Origin: Camelus ferus
Taxonomy: Eukaryota
NCBI RefSeq assembly: GCF_009834535.1
Contig: NC_045697.1
Span: 12,216,001 to 12,280,000, forward strand
Length of the DNA stretch: 64,000 bases
Direction: 5' to 3'
The number at the start of each line of letters is the position of its first letter. The first letter of the stretch is position 1. Shown here piece after piece: positions 28,119 through 41,317 of this stretch. Both the position numbers and the translations under genes were made by a program. Below the pieces are notes generated by a model. That model was not told the DNA's origin. It did no database searches and saw nothing but the letters and a program-made list of their open reading frames with translations.

Positions 28119-28273
28119 CAGTGCTATAAACCAGTCATTTTGTAAAACAGTGTCGAGGGTCTGTGGACAGCAGGTCTTATACTTACATGTGAGAGTTTAT
28201 GTATGAATATGTCAGACCTGCTGTGCATGGAATTCTCAGCACTGTTTTACAAAATGACTAGTTTATAGCACTG
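28119..28273. repeat. 155-bp inverted repeat/hairpin (MITE-like)
   Basis: The outer 34 bp, cagtgctataaac(c/t)agtcattttgtaaaacagtg, pair with one mismatch. The inner acagcaggtct/agacctgctgt pair perfectly. Confidence 0.9.
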
Positions 28274-31040
28274 AAGTGGTACCAGGAAAGGACTAGGCTT
28301 TCTACATTAGACAGACCTGGATTTGAAACTGAGCTTCTTCATTTCCTATTGGGTGCCTGTTACATCATTACTATGCTCTCAACTATGTGCAAAGGTTCTG
28401 TGAAGGTTGCATAGATGGAAGAAACAGGAACTTTGCCCTCAAAGAGCTTAGGATTTAAATGGAAGATAAGGCCTGCACTTTTACCCATGATATAAGGTAG
28501 GAAACGAAGAAGCATCACAAGAGGTTATGCAGTTCTATTTAACTCTCTATTTTCCGTTTATAATTTCATTCCTTTGAAATAATGAGGGCTCTCATCTGCA
28601 TCTGAAGGCTTTATCACAGTGAATCTAATTTCTCAAGAAAGAATATATTTTGTTGCCAAACACATCAAAGTCATGCATATTTCTACTTTGCCTGTATTTC
28701 TAGCATGTTTTGCTCTTATTTGTTAAAGTTAAGCATTAGCTAAATAGGCAATGCTATTTCTACTCAGAAACAATTTGAATAATTTGTATAGTACTTTCTA
28801 AGTTTTCACCTGCTTTCACATCTATCTTCTCATTTGTTCCTTGTAACAATTAGATGTGGTAAGAAAGGTGTAATACTTCTTTTGGACAGATGAGGAAACT
28901 GAGACTCAAGATTGTCCAGTGATTTACCCAAGTTAGCAAATGAGGTAGAGTTCAAAATTAAACTACAGTTAATTGATTCCAATTCCTTATCCCTTCTTGC
29001 AGACTGTAGTTTCCCAGCTTTTGGACTTCAGAGTCTTAGAAAAGCTTCGTATTTATTCCAAGAGATTAGTGAATCTAAATATACACAAAAATTAACTATA
29101 GTCTAAAGAAATACATTCTCATACATTTATTCTCCATGCAGTTAAGATGCTATTATGGCAAATATAATGTAATCTCATTTAAAATGTAATTAATTCATAC
29201 TTCTTTTTGTTGTTCTGCATTTTCTTCAACTATCATAAGGCGTGTCCATTTATTATTATTATTCTTATTATTACTATTATTATTATTATTGTTATTAACA
29301 GGGAAAAGGAATCCTTGATGCCTACCCCTCTAAAAGGAAAATTATCAATTACTTTAAATAAAATGCAAGTCAATCAATTGAAAACAACACTGCAGAGAGT
29401 TTTTTCTTTCTTTCCTTTCCTTGTCTTTTTCTTTCTTTCTTTTTTTTCTTAAAACAAAAACAAAAACAAAAACAAAAAAACTTCCTGCTGGTCAATGCTT
29501 TGGAAGCCTGTGGTTTCTTTGTTGTCCAAAGTGCTATTTTTAGTCTGCACCCAAAGGTCTGGAATTCTCACATTGACATAGATGGCCAAATTTTCCTATT
29601 GACCAAACTATTCATGAGATAGGATACAGAAATCTGTTTCTACCTTTATTTTTGCAATTGTTCTTAAAATCTTATGGGATATGTATTAGAATACATATGA
29701 TTAGGTGATCCAGAAAATAAAGAATTTATCTTATAATTTTATATCTGATTAAGCTAAAAACTGGCTCTGCTGCTGTTACATGAAATGATAAAATCTTCCT
29801 ATTTAACTTCTTAATTAAAAGAAGCAGCTTTTTAACTGGGGTTAAAAAAGTCCCCCAAACTATGTTATCTTAGGCCAGGAAAAAAAACAATCGCAGACCA
29901 TAGGGACGAAAACGACACAAGAGAATGGTGACAGGCAGGAGAATCATATCAGCCCTGTCTTCCTATCCCCACCTCCATATGTCCCTCATTGCTTGCACAT
30001 TTTTGATGGTGAAAGAAAATGCTGTTAAGAATTACACTGTTATATACTGGACAGTCTGCCTTCAGCAAACTAGGAATTCTTACTTATCACAACAGAGCCA
30101 AACAGTTAGGAATCGACTCCAGTAAGGTATATTTTAAAACATTTGAAACATTTTAGAATTCCTTTTCTGCTCTCTCCCACTTGAACCTGGACTCCCTGTA
30201 TTAGCAAAGTGGTATGACAGCTTAGTTGCCTTATTGATCAAAAATAGCAAGAATAAAATTCCTTATATGTTCGAGTGGTACTCCCATTCATCTTGTGTTT
30301 TAGCTCTTTCATAAGTCTTAGTACCACAGGTGAGTGAGTGATGGAAGCAAGTCTTGCCAAATATGCACCCAAGGGAGAATAATTACAATATTTCTACTTA
30401 AAATGAATGTGTTTTATTTCTTAAGGAAGTAAAAAGAAATTCAATTCAAAAAGATTTTTCTAAGAATTAATATAAATACAAATTTTCAAAGTGTTTAACA
30501 TCTTTCCCCAGTTTGTCTTCATTAAGCTCACCATTTCTTGTGTTCTGCCTTCTGTTCTACTAATTTAACATGTTTGTGTGTTACCACTTAGTACTGGTTA
30601 ATTATTGGCTAATTTATGAAAAAAGATGAAAATAGTTTCCTATTCTAAAGATTATAAAGCAGATTTCTCCCCCTCCTGAAGTGTATGATGTGCTGAGACT
30701 CCTACAGAAATTCCAAAAAAAAAAAGATTCCAAGAAAATAATTTATAATTATTTTTAAATAAAGTAAAAGCACAATGTGCTTTCAATACCCAGAAAAGGT
30801 GGCTGATGTAATTACATAAATATTTTTACCATCTTTTCAGGAATTTAAGGAGGCTAGTACTGGTAGATTATGTTTAGAACCTTTTTGATACTGAAAGGAG
30901 AGGGAAAGCAGCTGGTAAATGTTGAAGAATATGGTTGGAATTTTTTTGCCAGGCTTTTAGATGGTTTAAGTTGTTTTTTATTTATGCACAGTTACATATT
31001 TTAAAAAATTTTGTACTCTACTTGAGGGCAAACAATTATT

Positions 31041-31679
31041 CAGTCAACTCATTATCCATGGTGGTTATTTCTATAAAGTCACTGTGAATATTGAATTATT
31101 AAATATTAAAGAAGCTCCACTCCTAGGGGAAATACAGTTAGGTTCCTGTGAACCTCTGGCCACAACATTTTCATCAACTGATCAATATATAACTTTGCTT
31201 TTACATGTGTTTCAGTTTAAATACACCTTATTTAATATATATAGTTGACTCATTAACATTGAACTCATGGCCAGCAGCACTATAACTCATAGCTGAACCA
31301 AGCTTATCTAACACACATTTTTCCCATAAGGTACACCACAGCCTTCTTGTGTTCAGGAACACTAGACAGCACTACAACACTATGCTTGGGGACTGCTTTA
31401 AACAGCAAAATTACCTCCCCCATCCAAAAAAGGGGCACAAAAATGAGAAATATGTGGCACTAAATAGATCAGAAAATACTGGCACTTGTTTATAGTATGA
31501 GAGCTGAAATAAGAAGGCAGGGCGTCTCCTTGTGTGACTTCAGTGGGAATACGCACATAGGGCGACTCAGTTTTTCCAATCTGTGCCTGCCTGCAAATGA
31601 TCATGAAAGCGCTGTGAGTACCGATTAGTGAGGAGTGAAATTTACAAATACAGAGCCCATGAATAATGAGAATGGACTG
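31041..31679. mobile_element. MER82-like TcMar-Tigger element splitting an L2 3' end
   Basis: Imperfect TIRs cagtcaactcattat / ataatgagaatggactg, about 640 bp long, with internal ctcctaggggaaatacag...ggttcctgtgaacctctgg. Confidence 0.85.
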
Positions 31680-31783
31680 TTTCTTTATTACCGTGGTACC
31701 ACTGGTAACTATAACGTTGCCTGGAATGCAGTAGGAGCTCAATATGTATATGCTGAATAACTGGAAAAGTGTCCCATAACTTT

Positions 31784-32387
31784 TTTTTGGTATATATATA
31801 TTTTATTGAAGTATAGTCATTTTACAATATTGTGTCAATTTCTGGTGTACAGCATAATGCTTCAGTCATACATGAACATACATATATTCATTTTCATCAT
31901 AAGTTACTGCAAGATACTTAATATATAATTCCCAGTGCTATACAGTATGAACTTGTTGTTTATTTATTTTATATAACACTTTATTATTTTTTATGGCTGA
32001 GTAGTATTCCATTGCATAAATATACCACAACTTTTTTTATCTAGTTATCTGTTGATGGACATTTAGGTTGTTTCCATGTCTTGGCTATTGTAAATAGTGC
32101 TGCTATGAACATTGGAGTGCATGTATCTTTTTGAAATAAGATTCCCTCTGGATATATACTCAGGAATGGGATTGCTGGATCATAGGGTAAGTCTATTTTT
32201 AGTCTTTTGAGGAATTTCCATACTGTTTTCCATAATAGCCACACCAAACTACATTCCCACCAACAGTGTGGGAGGGTTCCCTTTTCTCCGTACCCTCTCC
32301 AGCATTTATCATTTGTGGATTTTTCATGATGGCTATTCTAACTGCAACATGGATGTACCTGAAGATTGTCATTCTAAGTAAAGTAAG
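31784..32387 (-). mobile_element. rearranged lineage-specific L1 3' end (ORF2 C-terminus and 3' UTR)
   Basis: ORF 32041-32247 [45 protein letters not shown] is the L1 ORF2p C-terminus. TSD ccc(a/t)taacttt at 31773-31783 and 32388-32398. Confidence 0.95.
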
Positions 32388-32399
32388 CCCTTAACTTTA

Positions 32400-34100
32400 A
32401 AATGAATCCCAGTTGTATTGTCTTACTCCATTTTATATTCTTGAGAAGTTTGTGGTATACTAATTTTATAAAGGTGAACATTTTAGAATAGTGTTTGAAT
32501 AAGCTAATAATCTTTTCCCCTTGGAACTTAGAAAATATTGCTCCTTTATCTCTGGCATCTAAAGTTGATAAAAATTCTGATGCCAATCTAAATCTCAGTC
32601 CTTTGTAGTGTATATGTTAATTCCTCCCCTTGTGCCCCTTTTGGAAAGCTTTTAGGATTTTTTTCATTTCCTTGGAAAAATGAAAATTCATATGTATTTG
32701 GACTCTGAATTGGAACATTTATATATTTCTTTAGTTCTGGGAAAATTTCATCTTTCATTTCATTGGTTATATCTTCTCTTCTATTCTCTCTGCTATTATT
32801 TACAGAAATCCTATTAAATGAGCTCTAAACTTCTGAATCTAGTTGACATATTTCTTGAAGTTTCTTTTATACATTTAAAGCATTGTCTTTTCTTGCTGTG
32901 TTCTGGGAGCATAAACTGGCTTAAATTTTTAACTCACATATTTATCTTCAGCTGTGTCCATTATGCCCTTCAGTCCATGTGCTGAGTTTCTAAAGAACTT
33001 ATATATTCATTTTGAGTTAATTTTTTATATATGGTATGAAGGGTAGGGTATAAACTCATTATTTTGCATATGGATATCAAGTTGTTCAAGCTCATTTTAA
33101 AAAGGATTATTCTTTCCGATTGTCTTGGCACCCTTGTTGAAAATCAATTGACCATAAAAGCAAGGGTTTCTTTCTGGACTGTCAATTTTATTCCATTGAT
33201 CTATATGTCTATACTTATTTCAGTATCAGACTGTCTTGATTATTGTAGGCTTTGTATTAAGTTTTTAAATCAGCAAGGTCTCCAACTTTGTTCTTTCTCA
33301 AGATTGGTTTGGCTTTTCTGAGTCCCTTGCATTTCCCTTGAATTTAGTATCAACTTGTCAATTTCTGCAAAAATGGCCACTGGGATTTTGATAGGAATTG
33401 TATTAAATCTGTAGAACAGTGTAAGGAATACTTCAGTGTTGCTGATACCAAGCCTTCCAGATCCATGAACAAGACACGTCTTCTCAGGAAATTTGTTTAG
33501 ATCTTCTTTAATTGCTTTCTGTAATGCTTTGTAGTTTTCAGCATGTAAGTTTTATACTCCTTTTGTTAAATTTATTCCTAAGTGTTTTGGTTGTTTGAAT
33601 GCTGTTGTAAAGGGATTATTTTCTTATTTCATTTTTGGATTGTTCATTGTTCTTATGTAGAAATATAAGTGATTTTTATATACTAATCTTGTATCCTGGC
33701 AACCTTGCTAAACTTGTTTATTAGTTCTAGTAGTTTGTATGCGTGCATTTGTATTCCTTAGAACTTTGTGTGTATAAGATCACGTCATCCATGAACAGAG
33801 ATAATTTCACTTTGTTTTTTCCAACCTGGATACTTTATTTTTCTTGCTTAATGTCCCTGGTTAGAACCTCCAATACAATGTTGACTGTAAGGGGTGAAAG
33901 TAGACATCTTAATTCTTATCTTAGGGAGAAAGACATTCAGTCTTTCGTCATTAAGTATTATGTTAACTCTAGCTTTTTTCATTGTAGAATTCCTTTATCA
34001 GGTTGAAGAAGTTTCTCTCTATTCCTAGTTTGTTGAGTGTTTTATCACGAGTGGGTATCAGATTTTGTCAAATCTTTTCCCACATCTGTTGAGATGATGT
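32400..34100 (-). mobile_element. older L1 fragments (ORF1-like about 32400-33000; ORF2 about 33000-34100)
   Basis: Antisense ORF2 text: ttttgcatatggatatcaagttgttc, tgggattttgataggaattgtattaaatctgtag, ttagaacctccaatacaatgttga. Confidence 0.85.
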
Positions 34101-34396
34101 GACTGACTCTCATTAAAAACCTTGGACTTCAAGGCTTGAGTGTGTCTCCCCGACTGACAGGACTCAGTACCTGTTGTCACAGTCATCCCAGGGAGAGTCA
34201 TATGATTAACGGGAAGGCAAATGGCAGCTTCTGCCTGTCTCTCTGGAACTCTGTCCTTTATGCTTTTTTCCATTCCTTATTTTAATTGGTATCCTTTCTC
34301 TGTAATAAATATAATCATGATTACAACTTTCCTGAGTTCTGTGAGTCTCTCTAGTAAATAATGAACCTGAAGGTGGTTTTGAAGACCCTTAACACA
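34100..34396 (+). mobile_element. ERV LTR 3' part (MER21-like)
   Basis: taaaaaccttggac...gtatcctttctctgtaataaa...tgagttctgtgagtc...gtggttttgaagacccttaacaca. Confidence 0.65.
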
Positions 34397-36080
34397 AGCT
34401 GATTTAAAATCCTTGTCTATTATATCTAATGTTCGAACTTTCTCAGAAGCAGTTTCTATTAACTGTTCTCCCCGACCCTCAACCGTGTATAGCCATACTT
34501 TCCTTTCTTTTCAAGTGTCATATTTTTTATTAAAAATGGAACATTTTAAATAATACAATGTGGCTATTCTGGAAACCAGATTTCCCCCACTTCCTCATGG
34601 CTGCTTGTTGTTGTTTATGTTTGTTACCATTACAGTTTGTTTGCTTCGTGATTTGCTCAACAGTTCTGTAATGTCAGTGTTTTTTGTCACGTGTGGCATG
34701 GTCACACATAATGGTCAGTCTCTGGTCAGTTGGCTTAGAGGTCAGCTAATAATTCCACAGGATTTCCATGAATGCTTTGAGCCAATAATTCTCCCAGCCT
34801 TTGCCGAAATGTTCTGTGTGCATGTTTGGCACAGTTTTCACATTCTGCTAGTTACAGCCCTGCCTTACCCTTCACTTCCTGCCCGAGGAGAGCCTCAAGT
34901 TCAGTCACAGGTCAGAGACAAGAGCCTCCTCAGGTCTTTCCCAAATATGCACTTTGCTCTCTAGGTTCCCAGGAATATGTTGGAGATTTCTCAAAGCCTT
35001 CTATGGACATCTAATTACATAAACAAAATTTTTTTCTTTAAGTCATCCTCTTGTTTGCCTCAGCTGTTCATCCTGACTCAGGCAGCTGTAATGTTAAATC
35101 ACTGTCACTGATATTTTTCAATAAATGCCCCATGGAAAAGGCTGTTCATGTTGATTGAGCTCTAAGTCAGGTCAAACAAAGATGAGTCCTATGAGTAGGA
35201 ATTTTCAGGTGTTTTAAAGTTATACTTGAGATTTAAACCCTAGAGATATGACTGAGGGGTAACAGGAGAAGGCCAAGGTCATTAAAAGGGGACATGCCAC
35301 ACCATGCAGTCATAGGATAAATACCAGATTTAATTAGGCAGAAGCAGGAATGAGGGGAAGGCTTAGTTCAGAGCACTTCTTGGGGTTTCTGTGGGAAAGC
35401 CAATGCAGTGCAGAAAAAACAGTTTAGGATTGGTCAGTTTGAATAATTCTGATGGGCTTTGGCCTGTAAGGGTGGTCTCCAGTCCCCTGATACCTGACCC
35501 TACAATGATGTAGGGAAGGGGAAATATTGGCTTGATGTGTGAGTCAGATAAGAAAGTGGATGGGGGCACAACTTTGGATCTGCTTATGAAAGGTGAGTTT
35601 TGGGCAAGTTGACTTATAGGAGAGAGGTAAACATGTGGCTGATAGCTTGGTCCCATGATTAATAGATGTCAAATAGACATGCAGAATCTCAGAACACACA
35701 GTTAGAATACCACACAGGCGAATCTCGATCGTTCTCTTGTAATGGAGATTTTGGGAGGACTCCAGGCATATTCTGTCCCTTCCATTGACTGCTGATTTTT
35801 CATAAATCTTATGGTTGCATGGCTGTTGGTTTTCAAGGCTGCTATGGAGCTGGGGAGAGGGGATGGAAATAGGACGTGAAAAAACACCACAAAACTCACT
35901 GTTCTTAATCAGTCATTTTTCTTTAATAAACACTCCTTGGATTATTTCAAGCTTTTTATTAACGTCCAGAGTTCTGACCATGTTGATTTAGATAATATTT
36001 GCCAGTGTGCTCGTAGTTTTTATAGAGGAGCAGATTTTCAGAGATCCTAATTCTGTTTTCCCAGAACTATTTTTCCTTGT
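34397..36080 (-). mobile_element. old L1 5' region interrupted by an LTR-like segment (about 35210-35745)
   Basis: L1M 5' end-like text on both sides of a purine-rich LTR-like insert; subfamilies not assigned. Confidence 0.5.
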
Positions 36081-37139
36081 CTTCTGTTTTTTTGAGTTTG
36101 TTAGTGGTGTTTTAGAAACTCTTGTCTGTCCACCATTGTGTTGGAGAAAGCCTCTTTGGTTCACTGTGAATGACACCTTTGGTTACAAACTTTGGTGGTT
36201 ATGGGTGAAAAGCAAGATGTGTACACAGGTAGCATATACTGGACTTATGAATATGGGGGCTTTGGTGAAACGAGCTACCTGGAGTGCTGCCCTAACTGCA
36301 TCACAAGCATGTCCATAAGTCAGAGCAATGAATCTTCTGTTCATCAGTCAGCGTGGAGGGGCAAAGTGGGGAGGACCGACTTGCTCTGACCGTAGCTCCC
36401 CAGCTACCCACCCAGACGGGAGCTCATGGCTCTCTCCTGCCCTTTGTACTACTTGCATCTGGCCTGGGACACCCATAGGACTTCCACAGCATTCTTCTCC
36501 TGAGTATACTTTGTGTTACGCTGCCCTCTCTTCATCTGATCCTTTTGCTTTTTCTCTTTTAGTGATTCCTCCAAATTTCTGGTCCACTGATCATATATTT
36601 ACTTCAGGCCCACTGATAACAAAATCATTTTTTCATCCTTTGCTTTTTCTCCTCCCTTTTCATCTTTCTCTTCTTCTTCATCCCCACCTTCTCCTCTTCC
36701 TTTTCCTTTCTTCTTCCTGAATGTTTCTTCTGTTGTTTCTAGAGATTTGGAGCAGATAGAAGGGGAAGTTGGCCTGGTCCACTATCTTAATTCAAATATG
36801 AGCACTATGTATAATACTGACATGTAAGAAAGAACTAAAATGAAGAATGATTAAACTGCAGTAGACCAAAGTAATGGTACATCAGCCAACCATTAAATAC
36901 GTACATTCAAAGAATGTTTAAGTCCATACAAAGTATGTGTGATACATTAAGTGTAAAAAAGCAAGACTTAAGACTGTATTTCTAGGATGATCACAAAATG
37001 AACAAAAGAAAGTATTATCAAATTTCTAGGAAAAAAAAACTCGATGGAATATGCCAAAATATTTACCAAACATTAGTCATGTAATTTAAAAATGTGTGCC
37101 CTATCATTTGAAGGTTAATGGCTAGTGAGTAAGCCAGTG

Positions 37140-37610
37140 CTGCAACTTCTTACAAGCTATGATCCCTAGGTAATCTGTCGCTCCATTTCAGACTACTTTT
37201 TTCTTTGCTCACTCAGCTATATAGCCAAACGAGCCTCTTTTTTGTTCTTTGAACACATCAAACTTACCCAGGGCCTTTCTCTTTGCTGTTTCCTACGCAT
37301 GGAACATGATTTCCCCAGGTATACTCAGGGCTTAATCCCTTACTTCATTCAGGCTTCAGATGTGATTACACCTTGTCAGACTGTCTTATTAAAAACTAGC
37401 ATTCCTGTCTTCACGATCGCTCTCTGTTCCCCTGCACTGCTTTTTCTTTATAAATCATTACTATCGTAATATGCTCGTTCATTTCTTTTTCCACTACAGT
37501 ATGAATGCCACGAAAGCAGGGACTCTCTCTTGTTCACTTCTCTATCTTCAGGGCCTAGAGCAGGCCTTGGCTGGTAGTAGGTATTTAACAAATGTTTGTG
37601 AGACAAATAA
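37140..37610 (+). mobile_element. L2 3' region
   Basis: ttgttctttgaacacatcaa...gaaagcagggactctctcttgttcac...tagtaggtatttaacaaatgtttg. Confidence 0.8.
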
Positions 37611-37890
37611 GATTATGAATGCATATGTGATATAAAAGAGGCAATCTGTTATTTTCAGTCTATCATTTTACTTGACAAATTATATCTGGACCCTAACTTC
37701 TTGTTGAAGTTTGAGGTGTTAATATGGAATATGTAAACAATAATACCTTAACATGTAGATTTTTATTTTTATTTTATTTTATTTATTTTTTTTAAATTAG
37801 TATCTTTTATTCACAATCTGAAAAAATTGTGTATTAAACTTTTATGTATTCTCCCCAAGAATGTAGTTTATTTAAAATAGCTACGTTCTT

Positions 37891-37928
37891 AACAAAACAT
37901 TGTTAATCAACTATACATCAGTATAAAT
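37891..37928 (+). mobile_element. 38-bp L1 3' terminus with 16-bp TSD
   Basis: aaaacattgttaatcaactatacatcagtataaat matches the L1 end at 11065-11095. TSD aaatagctac(g/a)ttctt at 37875-37890 and 37929-37944. Confidence 0.8.
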
Positions 37929-37980
37929 AAATAGCTACATTCTTTATTCCTAGAATTTGTATTTGGTTGGCATGTAGAAA

Positions 37981-38501
37981 TTTTTTTAACCTTTTTTATT
38001 GATGTATAATCATTTTACAATGTTGTGTCCAATTCTAGTGTAGAGCACAATTTTTCAGTTATACATGAACATATATATATATTCATTGTCACATTTTTTT
38101 CTCTGTGAGCTACCATAAGATCTTATGTATATTTCCCTGTGCTTTACAGTACAATCTTGTTTGTCTATTCTACAATTTTGAAATCCCAGGTCTATCCTTT
38201 CCCACCCCCCCCACCCCCCACCCCCTTGGCAACCACAAGTTTTTAGTCTATGTCTCTGAATCTATTTTTGTTTTGTATTTATTCTTTGTTTGTTTTTTTG
38301 TTTTTTTTGGTTTTTTTTTAGATTCCACATATGAGCGATCTCATATGGTATTTTTCTTTCTCTTTCTGGCTTACTTCACTTAGAATGACATTCTCCAGGA
38401 ACATCCATGTTGCTGCAAATGGCGTTATGGTGTCGGTTTTTATGGCTGAATAGTATTCCATTGCATAAATATACCATATCTTCTTTATCCAGTCAGCTGT
38501 T
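37981..38501 (-). mobile_element. 5'-truncated lineage-specific L1 3' end
   Basis: Colinear with 7990-8373 and 31784-32050. Confidence 0.95.
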
Positions 38502-38844
38502 TAAACTTGATTTTTACAGATCATTTTACATCTAAGAACTGCTGGCAGTGGGTGAAGCTCTCATTCTATTACAAGTTTCATGTTTTGATTTGCCAGAGAA
38601 ATTAAATAATGTAAATGAGTACAGAATCATTTATTGAATGCCCACTATATTGTGTTTTTATACATAATCCTAGTTAATTGTTGCTGCATACATGTGAAAC
38701 AGAGATTACTACCCCCAATTTTCAAAGGAGGAAGCTGAGACCAAAGAAGATAAATCATTTGACCAATGGTACAAAGAAATAAGTCACAGTCTGGATTCAA
38801 ACCTAGGTCTTCAAACTTCAAAGTGTCATGCTTTCTCCATAGAC

Positions 38845-39900
38845 TGATTCATTAATTTTAAAAATGTTTATTGAATAGCTATTATGTGCTAGGCTCTGTT
38901 TTATGCAGTAGGAATACAGCAGGGAACAAAACAGAAAAAAATCCTCATGTTTCGTTATAGTCTAGCAGTGGTAGCAAAGAGAGACAGAAAAACAGTAACA
39001 CATTAACAACTAAAAAGTATATGAGGTGCCTGATTAGATGGTGACTGGTGCTAAAGAGAAAATGAAGCAGAGAAGGAGACAGGGCGTTCTGGAAGGAGTT
39101 TTGATGGTGGTAGAGTTAATATCTTAAATAAGGTGGTTAGCGAAGACTTCCTGGAGAAGGTGACGTCCCATCTGGGGCAGAGCATCCTTAGCAGGTGGTA
39201 CAAGTGCAAAGGCACTGAGGCTACTGTGTGTTTGTGTCTGTGAGGAAAAGCAAGAAGCCAGTGTGTCTGGAGTGGAATGACCACAGCGGAGAATGTTAGG
39301 AGATCAAAGTCAGGCAGGTAAAGGGGAGGGAATTAAAAAGCAAGGATGTCACAGGACTTTGACTTTTACTGTGAATGAAAGAAGGACAGTTTTGAGCAGA
39401 GGAATGAGGTAATAATTTATGTTTTAAAAGGATCCTGTGATTTATGTTTACTGAACAGATTTGGCTTGGAAGATCAAAAGTTTAGTTTTATCCATCTTAA
39501 GTTTGAGATGCCTGACATATTGAGGAGAAATATTGAGCAGCAATCGGATATAGAGTTTGGAATCCAAGGGAGAGGTCTGAGGTGGCGATATAAATTTGGA
39601 AACTGTCAGCACATTGATGATATTTAAAGTAATACATTTGCATAAAAGCATCTAGGGAATGAGTGAAGATGGGGAAGATGTCCAAAGATTGAAATTTGGG
39701 GCTCAACATTAGAAACGAACAAAGGAGACTGAGAATGAGCATCCTGTGGGGTAGAAAGACAACCTGGAGAGTGAGGTTGTCCTGGAAGCCAAGAGAAGCA
39801 AGTGCCGAAAGGAGGAGGGAGCAGCCAACTGTGTAGAATGGTTCAGAACTGGAGTGGGCAGAAGGGAGAGAAAAGAGAAAAATATGTGTGGATGTGCCCT
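38845..39900 (-). mobile_element. L2 fragments (MIR at about 38620-38840 to the left)
   Basis: tttattgaatagctattatgtgctaggctctg...taagtttgagatgcctg...gtcctggaagccaagagaag. Confidence 0.85.
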
Positions 39901-40159
39901 TTTGTTTCAACTAAGAAAGTTTTCTTCCTCCCTAGATCATCTGTAAGTTCAGCCATGTAGTGATGTAAGGTGATGGGCTGGGTTGGGCGCCATGGTTGAC
40001 TTGTTTTTGGTGTGTGTAATCCCCCTGTCCCTCCTCTGCCCCGATTACTGATGGATCCTGGAGAGGAACATTTCCATGGGGATGTGTGCATTTGCTATGT
40101 CTGGCTTGTAGACAAGTAAATACAAATGCTACTTTATCAATTTACAGTACAATTGCTCC

Positions 40160-40900
40160 GTGGCCAAAAGCAGAGTTGGAAGTCAGCCTCCAACTGCTTT
40201 CAGGATAGAGGCCAAACGCCTTAGCATGCCATATCAGCCTTCATCAGATGTCTTTATTTCTTGCCATCCTCCCACTTTTCCACCTCCCCCCAGCCCCACC
40301 TCCCCCTACCGCACACCCCCTTATGCTCCATTCACACTGAACTTCTTGTCTCCTCTAGGCACACTGTGCTCTTCTCTGCCTCTGCTTTTACACATGCTAT
40401 TCCTCGTGCTTGCAATGCCCTTCCCTGCTTTTGTGCTCACGAAGGCACTGCTCATCCCTGGAAGCCCAGTTCATGTGGAATTTCCTCTGTGAAGTCTTCT
40501 TGATCCCCAGGCTGGAGTACTTATTCCTTTCTCTGCCTCCTCTCTCCTGTTGAATTTACATACTGTATTGGAATCGTCTATATGTCTGACATTCCTTAAT
40601 GGATTTTCCAGGTTCATACTGATCTCAGTATTCTTGACTCTGTCTGACCCATAGCAGGTATTTAATGATAATAATAGCTACTTTAAAAAACTCTATAGTA
40701 TGCTTGCCTTTGTGCTAAGTGCTTTTGCATGTATTTTCTCATTTTATCCTTGTAACAACTCTCTGAGGTAAGGTTTATTATTTTCCTCTGTTATGGAAGA
40801 AGAAACTGAGGTTCACAGTGGTTATGAAATGTACATAACCTAGATTTCAAATCCAGTTGATTGCAGGGCCTGGGTACTTAATTTCTGCTTTATACACTTA
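40160..40900. mobile_element. L2 fragment (+) followed by MIR (-)
   Basis: caggatagaggccaaacgccttagcatg and gaagaagaaactgaggttcacag. Confidence 0.7.
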
Positions 40901-41317
40901 AATAAAAGAGAAAGGAAGAAAGGATTAGGAATAGAAGTTTTTTTGTTTGTTTTCTGGTGTCCTAAACTCCCATAGTCTCATCTTTCATTAATTTCTAAAC
41001 TAGTGTGTCTTGCATTTGCCATCTTTCTAAAGTTTATGTGGCATCCTTTCCCCTTTCACATGATTTAAAATAGTCGTGTTTGTTTATACAGGAAATGTTC
41101 ATAGGGATCTGTTCCCTGGGCATACCCAGACAGGAAACTACAGTAAGGCCTGAATCCAGGAAAAGGCTCCATGTAGTCAGGAGCGGTGGGATGAGAGAAG
41201 AGTCGAATCAGTGAAGAAGCAGGCCTACTACGTTGTAAAACTCCTGGAGGAATCCATCTCATTGTGATCTCATGTGAATGGTGTACTAAGGGCAGATGGT
41301 TGAAAGAGATGGGTGAG

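Noticed and set aside
32041..32247. ORF with clear protein homology
   Set aside because: It is the L1 ORF2p C-terminus inside a truncated retrotransposon, not a host gene.
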